Assembly (NCBI GenBank): GCA_905178155.1
Contig: CAJINV010000002.1
Span: 3,787,838-3,851,837 of the forward strand
Direction: 5' to 3'
Length of the DNA stretch: 64,000 nt
Origin: Amoebophrya sp. A120
Taxonomy: Eukaryota > Protista > Dinoflagellata
Below are positions 1 through 11,100 of this stretch, piece after piece. The stretch's first letter is position 1; the number at the start of each line of letters is the position of its first letter. Made by a program: the position numbers and the translations under genes. Under the pieces are notes generated by a model. That model saw only the letters and a list, made by a program, of their open reading frames with translations, was not told the origin of the DNA and ran no database searches.

Positions 1-546
1 ATTCCCTTAGACCATTGCATTGCTGGCTTTGCTTCGATTTTGGTTTTTGCGCTGCATATTTCTTAGGGTTGCTTTACATTTTATTTTGCGCAAAGCCCCT
101 TTGTTTATGTTCTTTCGCCCATTGATTTCCCAAAGTTGCCTTTTGTTGGTTTCATATCAAAACGACAGCGGGGAAATCCTTTCGCTGATGTCGCGCCTTG
201 CTCTCTTTTTTTCGTGCGCGAAAGAAAATCACCACACCACAGCGAGGGAACTATGGGCGACTGTTGGTCAGCAGTTCATTTCTCCCGTAGACCATTGCAT
301 TGCTGTTTTTCCTTCGATTGTTCTTTTTCCGGCAATCGAATGCTTTGCGCAATCCACCGGCTTGGAGAGATGTGGGTCGTTTTCTCGGGTTCGGATGTTC
401 TGCTTTGCTTTCACAGGGAAAAAGGCACGCGATTGCTTCGCTTTTGCTTTTGCGATGCTTGCGTGCAAAAATCCTGTCGCAGTATATTTTCAACATTTCG
501 TAGTGATGCTCAACATCTCATCCTAAAACAACATTCCACCGTACTG
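1..546. mobile_element. Unclassified insertion (partial) inside a family A introner
   Basis: Family A internal sequence resumes at about 547 and ends with the TIR at 756. The preceding sequence is unrelated and contains AGACCATTGCATTGCTG twice (9-25 and 289-305). Confidence 0.45.
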
Positions 547-756
547 CATGCATGTCTGACATGACTCGAGAATCTGTGATGCATGGGCAGGAAAAGACTC
601 TCCTATCTGTCATGCAAAAACGCAGTTTCTCATGCGGAATACGCAACACATAGCAACTCAAAAACTTGTCATGCTGGGCTGCGTATTGCAGTCCGGCTAT
701 CTTCATCCACTTTTTGCATCACAAGTTTCCACACCCAGACATTTTTGCATTTGGTA

Positions 757-3700
757 CTTTGTCCGAGGGAACAAACAGCGTGATTGAGTTCGATAACGCG
801 ATGAGCAGCCGCTTTGGCAATCGCCGCACCATGTCCTGGCGACTCATCACGTACAGGGAGCAGAAACCGTCGGAAACAAGGGACACCGGGAGGAGCCGGC
901 TGTGCAGGATCTCCCGATGCCCGAAGAACTGGTTCGAAGAGAGGATCCCCACTTGCAGGAGCAGTTTTGCTATGCATTGCAAAAGTATCGCATTCGTACA
1001 AATGCATCACAAATTTCCTCAGCGTGAGAAATGAAATTTGTAATGCGGATTTACCTCAAGAAAAGAATTTGTAATGCATGATTGCAATACGAGTGCGATA
1101 CTTTTGCACAGGATATTTGCGTGCTCGATTTTCGTGTTTTGGTCGATCGTCGTACTGTTGAAATGGATATCAAATGCAAAAATGTCTGGGTCTGGAAGGT
1201 CGGAACTTGTCATGCTAAATCTGAATCACGCAAAAATCTGTGTTGCATGATTACCAAATGCTGTCCACTTTTGTTCAAGTTGAGAGGCAGTTTCTCATGC
1301 AGGATACGCATGACAGTGATCTCACGGAATCTCTTATGCTAGGTCCTCCATTACAGATCATATGGGGCATGGAAAACCTGCATGACAAGTCGCGCAAAGT
1401 TCCAGACCCAGACATTTTTGCATTTGATAATGGAACCGGGCGGTTTTCGAAGATGAACTCGCTGTCGTTGTTTTTTTCTCCGATGATGTAGTTGCTGATT
1501 TCCCGTTGCTCTCTTCGTCTTCGATAATTTTGCCGATTCCCTTGGTCTGCAGCCATTTTTTCACGTCGATATTTTCCATTTGCACTTTTTCCTCCTGGAT
1601 CAAGTGTAAAAAACGTGTCTGGGTCCTCGGGGGAGGTGGAACCTGTGTTGCGTGTCTGGCACTCCTGTAAAATCTGTATTGCGTGACCAACTACAAAAGC
1701 GCGAGCTCTTTTGTCATGCACGAATGCAGCAGTTTCTTTCGAATGCGCGCCACGCATGCGGAAGCATAGCGTCCTAAAAGCATGCCATGCTTGGCTGCAC
1801 TGAGGAGTATGCTCAATCATCGCGACTCAGCATCACAAGCTTATTGCAGACCCAGACCTATTCGCACTGGATATCCTGTAAAGTCGGCTGCAGCTTGTTC
1901 GTCGTCTCGCTCTATCCTGAGTAAAAACGTCCCCACCCCAGAGTTGTCATGCAGATTTGCAAAGACAGGAAGACTTCTAATGCGCATCCCCATGAGAGCC
2001 ATTTCCAATCGTGTTTTGGAATTTGTGATGCTGTGAACAGGATGAGCAGATGAATCTGTGATGCGGCTGCACTTGCTAACCTGCACTACACTGCGGAGCG
2101 CAACTTATCATGCGTGACTCACAAAACTCTTCGGTTTGTGTTGCAAAATCCCCATCCTGACTCTGGTGTGGGGATGTTTTTACTCAGGATACGCCCTCGA
2201 TAAAGTTGACCCCTCTCGTCAGGGTTTTCCGCGACACGCGGGTTCTGGAAGCGTTTTGCGGGACGCCGAGTGATCCATTCCCGTGAGATGGGGAACCGCC
2301 GGAAGCGGTGCTGATTGGACTGTCGTTTGATGTTACCCCACCACCGGTGGTAATCAGCGCCGCGTTAGAAGAAGAACTCGGGCTCGTTTGCGCGGATCCT
2401 AGTTGCACCCGGTTTGTGTTTATCAAAGTGAAAAAAGCCCTCTCCCCATAATAAAAACGGAAATTTCTGTTGCTGGATTTGCGTACACAAATCGGCCCTG
2501 TATCGCAGCGAGCGCTTGTAGGGATTTCCTAAGCCTGATTAGGTATGAAAAAGGCTAGCGCTCAGGCATGCCGGACAGCTTGGCAGCAGGCAAAAGCGCA
2601 TGACAGGTTGGCTGCGGAATGCGCCACACGCCTCCCATTTGCCTCATATGCAAGACAAAGCTGATCTGTGGCCACAAATCAGCATCACAAATTTCCACTG
2701 TGAGTACTTATGGGGAGGGGGGATTTTTTCTCACAGATAGTGTTATCGACCACCTCCCAACTGCTGTACTCAAACCGCTTGCCGTCTTATGCCAGAAAAA
2801 AACTGTGTAAGTGTAAATCTGTGATGCAGAACATGCAACAGAGTTGCGCCTGTCATGCCAGGCAGCCATGCAGTCCTCTTTTCGTGTGTGTTTTCCCTTA
2901 CTAACCACACATGACAGGTTTTCTCTGTCATGTAGAGCAAATTTGTGATGCTGTCAGCCAAAGAAAGTTACACTAACACAGTTTTTTTCTTGGATACGTC
3001 TACCCTTTTCCTCGTGCGGCGCAGACAGATCTCCCGGAGAATCAATAGACGGCCCGACCGAACGAAAAAAACGGAACTCGGCCGCGTGTCCTGCAGCTGC
3101 ACAAGTTTCAGTCCCCGAACGCATTCCTCGTTTAAACAGTTCGCCAAAGCTGCGATCTCCGTGTTTCCGGTGTTCTGGGGGAAGTAGTGGCAGGCGTTGA
3201 GAAAGTGGGACCGTTCCTCCACCATCTTTTTGTGGGATTGCCCAATCCATTCGTCATAGTCGTGCTTCCGTAAGCAAAGTAGCTCCGTTTTTTCCGCGGT
3301 GAGAATCGAAGCGGCCCTGGGAGCGTTGCTTTGCAGTGCAAGCTCGCCGAAGCATTTTCCCTGGTCAAGAAAAACCTCCGTTCGCCACGATGTTTTCTCC
3401 GCGTTCTCCGGCACCAGCACGCCCACGGAACCAGTGAACACGATGTAAAAGGTGTCACCAAAGTCCCCGAGCTCGAAAACGTACTCTCGTGGCTGGTACT
3501 CGCGCAGCTCCAAGTTCTTGCACAGCCCCCGCTTTTGATGTTCCTTCAGAGCTTGAAAAAATTCCAAGACCTGCACGTACTGCACGATCGCGTCGATTTG
3601 TTGCTCTGTCCGCTTTGTCAACTGCAAATCTGCCTCGGTCTGGAAAGTTGTGATGCAGGTCACTGAATAATAACCACACGACTGTAATGCGCCGCCGAGC

Positions 3701-4971
3701 ATGACAAGCTTTTTCATGCTTCTGTGTTGCGTATTCCGCATGAGAAACTGCGTGTTTGCATGACAGGCAAGAGGAGCTTTTGGTTGCCACGCAATACAGA
3801 TCCAAGAGTCATGCCAGACTAGCATGACAAATCTCACAATAACCAAAACATATTTGCAGTCCATACGCTTCTCCGGCTGCTGCTTGCAGGCCTCGCGGAC
3901 ATACTGGGTTTCCGACTGGATCCGGCTCGCCGCAATGGGTACAACTACGGGAGTGGTGCCCGCGGCTGCTGGAGACAGACCTTTGCTCGCGTCGGAGGAT
4001 GTCGCATTTCCGCTTCTTTCTCCCTCAATAGGAGTTGGAGCAGTGCCCTGATTGTTATCTCCTGGTTGATCTACTTCTGCGGGCGGTAATTTGTCCGTGA
4101 TACTGGAACGCCGGTGCCGCATGAAGCTCGACCGGCGGTTCATCGCAGTACCTTGGCTCTGCGTGGAAGGCGTGCCGAGCGAAGAGCTGGCCTCCACCAT
4201 CTGCAGACCTTGTTGCACCGCGGACTTGCGCAGACTGTCTTCCACTTCTTTCTCCAACGCATTTAAGTCGTCGCTTTTGCCCTGTGACGGCGAGGCCGGC
4301 GCAGTAGCTCTACCGAGAGATGATGAGGAGATAGCGGGGGCCGTGGTTCTGCTCGGACCGGGTTGAAGGACCACCCCGGAGGTCCTTATGGTCCCGGCGG
4401 TCTGATGACCTAGGTGCCCCTCTGCCGGCTGGATTTCCTCCTCCAGTTCGGCGATGGAGGACACGGGTAGGACTACCCCGGAAGAACCGGGCAGGCCACT
4501 GGTTCCCGCGATGAAGCTTGCTTTGTTCGGGTTCGGCCGGGTCGATTTCAGGTCGAACACCGATTTGCGGTGCTTGTTGCGCGGCGCGGGAACGGCCGGG
4601 GTCTGGTGGAAGGAAGCCGTCGTCGGAGGCGCATCAAGTGCCGGGCGAAGTTCTTGTGCCGGCGTCGTCGTCGCTGCGCGGTCGCTTGTCCGGTCTGTTG
4701 TTGCAGCTCCCGCGGTTGCTGATGCCGCCTCTTCGCTGCTGGACTTGCTGGAAGCGGGGTGGGACGAGGAAGACAGCTGCACCAAGTTCGCTGCAACGGC
4801 GCGGAGGTCGACGGCATTGGAGCTGCGGCGGCCGCGCGGCGGTGGCGGATTTTGTTCGTCCGGGGCGCGCGGCTCTGCCCCGCGGGGGCTACTGTGCGCT
4901 TCCGCGGTCGCGTGGGTCGTCGCTGCTAGCGTTCCGGCCGGGCCGGGGTCGGGAGGGTCGGTTGGAGGCAT
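757..4971 (-). CDS. Cyclic-nucleotide-binding domain protein (two cNMP domains, long low-complexity N-terminus), multi-exon, 3' end beyond window start
   Basis: ATG at 4971. Motifs YVFELGDFGDTFYIVFTGSV, CFGELALQSNAPRAASILT and a second split domain (VFFVRSG...VGILSSNQFFGHREIL). Intronic elements at 3616-3865 (repeat cgctt), 2788-2996 (cgtct), 2421-2739 (gtgtt), 1913-2191 (cgctc/cgccc), 1598-1873 (tcctg), 1168-1429 (atgga), 971-1115 (tttgc) and <1-756. Removing element plus one repeat gives a continuous frame: PEKR|TEQQID, RKRVD|GKRFEY, VVDN|TNRVQ, FIEG|ETTNK, TLQ|EEKVQ, ARFH|FNST, IEHA|KLLLQ. Confidence 0.88.
971..1115. mobile_element. Introner family E, representative copy (about 145-155 bp)
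   Basis: TATGCATTGCAAAAGTATCGCA ... TGCGATACTTTTGCACAGGATA; repeat TTTGC. Relatives at 10382, 22882, 29332 and 60676. Confidence 0.9.
1168..1429. mobile_element. Introner family A, representative copy (most abundant; about 250-280 bp)
   Basis: TIR TATCAAATGCAAAAATGTCTGGGTCTGGAA ... TTCCAGACCCAGACATTTTTGCATTTGATA; 5-bp repeat ATGGA on both sides. Other copies include 9611, 10918, 21449, 23162, 23530, 24143, 28522, 31210, 32034, 44576, 50163, 54816, 59526 and 62228. Confidence 0.93.
1913..2191. mobile_element. Introner family B, representative copy (about 260-320 bp)
   Basis: TATCCTGAGTAAAAACGTCCCCAC ... GTGGGGATGTTTTTACTCAGGATA; repeat CGCTC/CGCCC. Relatives at 9996, 17119, 20682, 24499, 27441 and 54492. 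Confidence 0.9.
2421..2739. mobile_element. Introner family C, representative copy (up to about 320 bp)
   Basis: TATCAAAGTGAAAAAAGCCCTCTCCCCATA ... TATGGGGAGGGGGGATTTTTTCTCACAGATA; repeat GTGTT. Relatives at 11242, 29945, 30301, 36912 and 45382. Confidence 0.9.
2788..2996. mobile_element. Introner family D, representative copy (about 210 bp)
   Basis: TATGCCAGAAAAAAACTGTGTAAGTGTAA ... TTACACTAACACAGTTTTTTTCTTGGATA; repeat CGTCT. Relatives at 11755, 30940 and 51109. Confidence 0.9.
3616..3865. mobile_element. Family A introner hidden in frame inside the 697-aa ORF
   Basis: Repeat CGCTT at 3611-3615 and 3866-3870, degenerate family A ends. Element plus one repeat is 255 nt with no stop in the minus-strand coding frame. 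Confidence 0.88.
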
Positions 4972-7900
4972 GTTTGGCTTCGCGCCTTTTGCGGAGGAAG
5001 GAGAGGGCTGTCGTTCTGTCTCTACTGGGAAGTAGTGCGGGGGATAACAACGCGACCGCAATTAATCTCCGATGGCTACACTCCTGCGTGGGAAAAAAGA
5101 CAGTGCGCGACCAACCGCATCCTTCGGTGCTTACAGCAAAAAAAACGAAAGGCGGGCCGCGCGCGGGCACAGCGCGCAATGAGCAAGACAGCACCCCCCC
5201 CCCCCCNNNNNNNNNNNNNNNNNNNNGGGGGGGGGGGGGGGGGTCCCACCGGGAGCAGCACCGCGCGGCCCTTACCAAGAACACCGCCGCGATGGCCCCG
5301 CTCGGGCGCCGGGTCTTAAACATCACCGCGAGGCGTCTTAGTCATGGCCGTGCGCCCTCTTTCGATCGTCCGGGAGCGAGCTACCGCGCCCGGCCGGCGT
5401 GGCGTGCGTGGCGCCCCAGCGGGCACCCGCTTGGAAATACGGGCGCCGGGCGCGCTGCCTATGACGTTGCGCCCTCTATTGATCGGCCGAAGCCGATCGC
5501 GCTGCCTTCCTGTTGGGGGGGGGGGGGGGGAAGGCTCACACAGATTTGCCGCGTCTGCCGTTGTCAGGTGTGATGACCGGCCTCCAAAATCGATTGGAAA
5601 ACCGCTGTAGAGGATCCCTGATGTGTGATTCTGCGCCATCTTTCCATTGGCTAATGCCAATGATATTGGTACCCACACAGTTTTACCCAAGTTCAAAAAA
5701 TTTGAAAAAGTCATCACGTGCACACATTGCCAAAATACTGAAAAATCAGCCACATGCAAGGGCTCCACGTGTCCGACGCGCTGCCCCGGGCCCATTTTCT
5801 GCACTATATTCCTCATATGGTAGACATTAACCAGCTCTATTCACCATTAAAAAATTCGAAAAAAATTCCAAAAAAATTGAGGAATGACAAAACTCGTAGC
5901 AATTGAGTCAAATGACAAACCAACTTACAAAATGCGCACAGTTTTGAGCTCTCTTTTTATTGGCAAATCCATACTAAAGTAGTACTAGCAAAATTTCCAT
6001 CATCCTCAGAAAATTCAAAAAAATCCAAGAAGTCAAATAATTGCTTTTCGGAGAATAATCCTGCAAATTAGCAGAAAAGTTGTACAGGTGTGGGCTTCTG
6101 GCAAATTTTTGATGCCATATATACATTTATTACATTACATTACAATGCACGAGCAGAATTTTTGTGCGCGGTGCACTTATCCAAAAAAAATGCCTCCCGG
6201 CAATTTTTGTTCGGTGGACTGATTTACTTTAGAAAAATTGTGGAAATGCACAAAGTCCATGCGCAGTGGTTGTATATAGATGCGATCTCCCTGCTTTTTC
6301 ATTATCAAAAAGCCCCCAAGTTGAGAACTAGGCTGATTTGCGAAATTCTAAAAAATTGGAAAAATGCCAATGATTTAAGTTGTGGAGATTCTGCCTATCT
6401 AACTGACTAAAACAGTGCTTAAGGAACGCGATTCGTATCGTTTTCTATGGTTGTTCGATCCGCCAACGCGAGCAAAGCGCTTCCTGTGAAGTTTTCTCAG
6501 TTCTAAAAACATATAAAAACCTTTGGGGCCCTGCTTTGGTGGGATAAGATGGCGCATCTGAAGAATCCAGGTAGAAGCTCCCTTAGGGGCCCGCTTTGCG
6601 ATGCTTGTGCGCACTGTTTTCATTGGCAAACACCGACCAAAACAGCCATGGCAGCCCCCTTCTTCCTTTTGTAAAATTCAACGAATCAGATCGGGCCACT
6701 TCTGGGATGACCAGGCTCCGGAACCCGATGCGGAATACCGTCGCCCGGGGCCCCGCCTATAGCTTTGCGCCCTCTTTCCATCGGCCGGAACCGATCGAAT
6801 CCGCCAAGGCGGCTTCGGGCTCGTTTGCAGAAGTCCCCGCAGATTCCGGCGGCCCGGAGATAATGGGGCGCCGGCGCTTCGTGGTATGCCCCCGCGCGGG
6901 GCGCCCTGCCTGCGCGGTTGCGCCCCCTTTCCATCCTCCCGGAAAGCCAGAAAGCTAGGCGCGACAGACACCGTGGGCCGGCGGATCCGTTTCGGCCCGC
7001 GCACCGGGCGAAAAATACCGCCGCGGAAAGTCCGACGGATGGTCTTGCGGCCTCCCCCCATCGGGCCCGGGCCGATTAAGTTCTCCCTGGTGGCTCCCGG
7101 CGTTGTTTGGAACATCTTGAAAGACGGGTCCTTTGGCGGTCGCGGCCCGGCGGCAGGCCTCGGCGAAGAATGCTGCCGCCTGGCGCGCTGCGTCTGATTT
7201 TGCACCCGGAAGCGATGCGATTTTTGCAAGGGCGCGCCGTTCTTTGACGGAGTTGCCCCCCTGGCGGTTTGAGGTAGTGCATCGCTCTGTGCAGTGTAGG
7301 TTTGAAGCCTGAGAAGTTTCGGCGAGAGGATCAGCATCAGTTGCCTGCCCGCTTTTCATTTTTCCGCCTAGAAGGCTCTTGCCGTCGTGTTTTACGTCGT
7401 TCTTCTACTATTGCAGTTTTGCTTTTGTGAAAAGGACCCGGGCACCAGGTCTGCCGGTTCAAAATTGGCGCCGTCTGTCGGTTCAAAATTGGTGGACCGA
7501 GGCACAGCAAGGACGAGACATTTTTTTGTTTTGTTTCTGATCCAATGTTTTACGCTTTCAAGGTAGTTCGAACGTTCTTTTGCTTCGTCGTCTATTTTGG
7601 CTTCTGTTGTGGGGTTCTTGTCGTTTTGTCTGAGTTCTTCCTGCATCGTGTTGCTATCAGTCTGACGTGTGTCACGACTACTTCTGCGCGGCGCTTGGTA
7701 CCAGAAAAAAAGCGAGAAGCAGTAACGTGGTCTACTTCTCTGTATGAAAAAATTACTGCATGAGGCCGGGATGATCGGCGAGTGCCAGCAGCTTATTTGT
7801 GTCAACACCCTTAGAATTATTATCGTCCAGTAGCTCGTCGGGGTCATCTCTATCTTAGAGAAAGTAGTTTTAAAAGGAATTTTTGGAAGTAGGAGCTGAG

Positions 7901-8136
7901 CTAAATTTACTTTTTTTCGTTGAATAAAGAACTCAGGCTAGTACTAGATGACATCTGCAACATGGCGTCGTTATTTTTATTGCCGTTTGTAGCTGCCCGC
8001 CCCGTTTGCGGTCGTGGTCAAAAGCAGCCGCGTTCCACGTCTTCGCGTGGCAATTTCATCCGTGATGAGACCACGGCTGAAGGATTTTATTTACCGGGGG
8101 AGGAGCACAACGTCCGTCCCCAGTAATCCGGGCAAC

Positions 8137-11100
8137 ATGGAAGTCGCCGAGGATAGTTGTACCCACATCCAGCGGGACGAGGGGCCCAGTGCCGACTGGT
8201 GTTGCGAGGCAGGGGCGCAAGAACGAAGCAGGCAGAAGGGTTGTCTTGGAAGAAACACTAACAGGTGGAGCAGGGGGCACGGATCGAAGCAGCGCCGAAG
8301 AAAGATGAACAAGAACCCCATACTGCAACTGCACCTCGCACTGTCGTGCGCAATGAAATCTTACAAGCGCGGCTCTGCGAGGTCGAGAACCAAACACGGA
8401 ACAGCAACAATGAAGACCATGTGCAGCAACTTTAATAAAGAAGCGAGCGAGATGAGAGCAAGACCACGAGCGGCGACGATGAGGCCGCCCGATAAAAGCA
8501 ATTCCTTTTTGCGGCTGGGTAGAAGTTGGCCGGTACAGCTGCGGCTCGTCTGGGAACTGTGCCTGGTGGTGGGGGTGCTCCTCTCCTGCTTCTCGTGCTT
8601 GGTGGTCATCGTCTTTTTGCTCCCTACTTGTTCCCCGCCTCCGTTCGCACTTGCGATGCGCTACATGTCGCTGCAGAACTGCAGCCGCTTTCTGCTCGAC
8701 GAGGATCTCGCCTCTATGGTATCGCAAGAAAATAAAACGAAAATTTGTCATGCGGGCTCCGCAACAAGGGTGGAAAATTTAAATTTTCTCATCCTAAAAT
8801 CCCCTATTCAGCAAAACGACCAGTACTGATCTTTCCACGCTCCACATAACAAGATCTCACTTGAAATTTCTTAGACGATACATGCGTGCGTCCCTGCAGT
8901 ACTTGTTCGAAAAAATCCACCGGTTCCGGCTGGTAAACGATTACTACCTACCGGGCAAACTCGGGATCAACGATCTGTATCGGGAGGGTGCGAGCCAGGG
9001 CGTGATCTTTGCTAACTTTGACGAGTGGCGGTTTCGCCATCTCTTCGACACGAATTTCACGGACGTAAATCTGCTCTTCAACCTGGATCTCCGGTCCCAT
9101 TTCGTCCCGATCCGCAGTCTTCTGACGCAGTTCACGCACACCCGCCCGATCGGGCGATTTGGGAAGGCGGAAAAGGAGGACGCACTGTATCAACTGCAAA
9201 AGTGTCTGGGTCTGGAAGAATGCCAGACTTGTCATGCAGGTTTTCCATAACGCATGAGGTCTACTATGTAGGACATAGCATGACAGATNTGTCTGGGTCT
9301 GGAAGAATGCCAGACTTGTCATGCAGGTTTTCCATAACGCATGAGGTCTACTATGTAGGACATAGCATGACAGATTCTGTGAGAGGTCTACCATCCCTAT
9401 CCTGCATGAGAAACTGCTTCCCGATATGGTCAAAAGTAGACAGCTTTTGGTAATCATGCAACACAGATCTTTACATGATTCAGATTTAGCAAAAAAAAAA
9501 TAAAAAAATTTAGCATGACAAGTTGCTTTGTTCCAGACCCAGATAGTTTTGCATTTGATACACTGAAGAGCTTGACAACGTACGACGCGACGACTGCGAA
9601 CCCGGACCCCTATGCATTGCAAATGTGTCTGGGTCTGGAAGATTGCGAAGGTTCTCATGCTAGTTTGGCATGACTCTGAACTCTGTATTGCGTGGCCACG
9701 AAGACCTCCTCTTGTCTGTCATGCAAAAACGATGTTTCTCATGCGGAATACGCAACACAGAGTCACGAGAAAATGCGTCATGCTTGGCGGTGCATTACAG
9801 TGAGCTTTCTGCTCACTGACATGCATCACAAGTTTCCAGACCCTTTCATATTTGCACTGGATAACCCCGAAACGAATCCAAAACTGTACATGAACAGCTT
9901 CTACCCGGCCGCAACGTCACATTTCGCACACGGGGAGGAGGAGATTCTGTTGCATGCATACGAGAAGAACCACCGAATAAACTTTAAAGTCCGCGTATCC
10001 TGTGTAAAAACGTCCCCGCCCCAGAGTTGTCATGCAGATGCGCAATGACAGGAACATTTGTAATGCGCACCCCCATGATATTATCATATATCATGGGGGT
10101 GGCAGTGCGCACCCCAATGTGATAAGCGTTTCCAGTCGTGTTTTGGCATTTGTAATGCTGTAAACAGGATGAGAAAATGGCTTTCTCATGCGGCTTCCCT
10201 TGCTAACCACCACTACACTGGAGATGGAAACTTGTCATGCACAACTCCCAAGGCCTGGATATTTGTGTTGCAGTTTTGCTAAACTCGACTATGGGGTGGT
10301 GGCGTTTTTACATAGGACACCGCGTAGGCTTCGAACACCACGTGCTCGAGAAGTTGCTGAAAATCGACCGCAGCGGAGTCGTATCCTGTGCAAAACTACC
10401 GTACTAGTATGAATTGCATTACAAATTTTCTCAGCATGAGAATTTTTTTCAAATTTGTAATGCGGGTTTACCTACAGAAATTAATTTGTAATGCGTGACT
10501 GCGATTACTACTAGTACGATACTTTTACAATGCATAGGTCGCCGCGGAATTTTGGCTCCGGCGCCGCGTGCACTGGAACTACCTATCGTAGAAAAAAAAG
10601 CTGTTTCACTCTATTATTAAACTTGTGATGCGTAGAATGGAACGCCGAGGTATTTGTCGTGCTACACACGCAAAAGCAAGACCTGCTTGGATATCCAGCC
10701 GCGTAAGTAGTTTTTCCGCGGCCCTATCGGAAATGCACGCAGAACAAGCTTTCTTCGTCGTGTGTAGCTGCGAACTTATGAAGTTGCAAAACTTGCAAAA
10801 AATTCTTGCAGAGTGAAAGAAGACTCTTTTCCTCCGATACCACCTACTGACGGTCTACTGCGCGCGGAGCCGGGGCCCGTTGTGGAGGAGCGCGCGGTTT
10901 CGAGAACTGCCGGAAATTATCAAATGTAAAAATGTCTGGGTCTGGAAGATTACCAGGTTTGTCATGCACATTTTGCATGACTCCTGATGTCTGTGATGCA
11001 TGCCCTAGCATCACAGATTTTGTGAGGGCTTCTTGATGCCTATACCGCATGACAAATGCTCTCTCCGTGTAGCAAAACTTGGGCTCTCTTTGCTGCCCAT

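Noticed and set aside
7392-7847. 151-aa minus-strand ORF
   Set aside because: No motif, introns or homologue in the window, so it cannot be supported.
9202-9375. 87-nt internal repeat in a family A element
   Set aside because: It is joined by a single N and absent from the second copy, so it is a scaffolding artefact.
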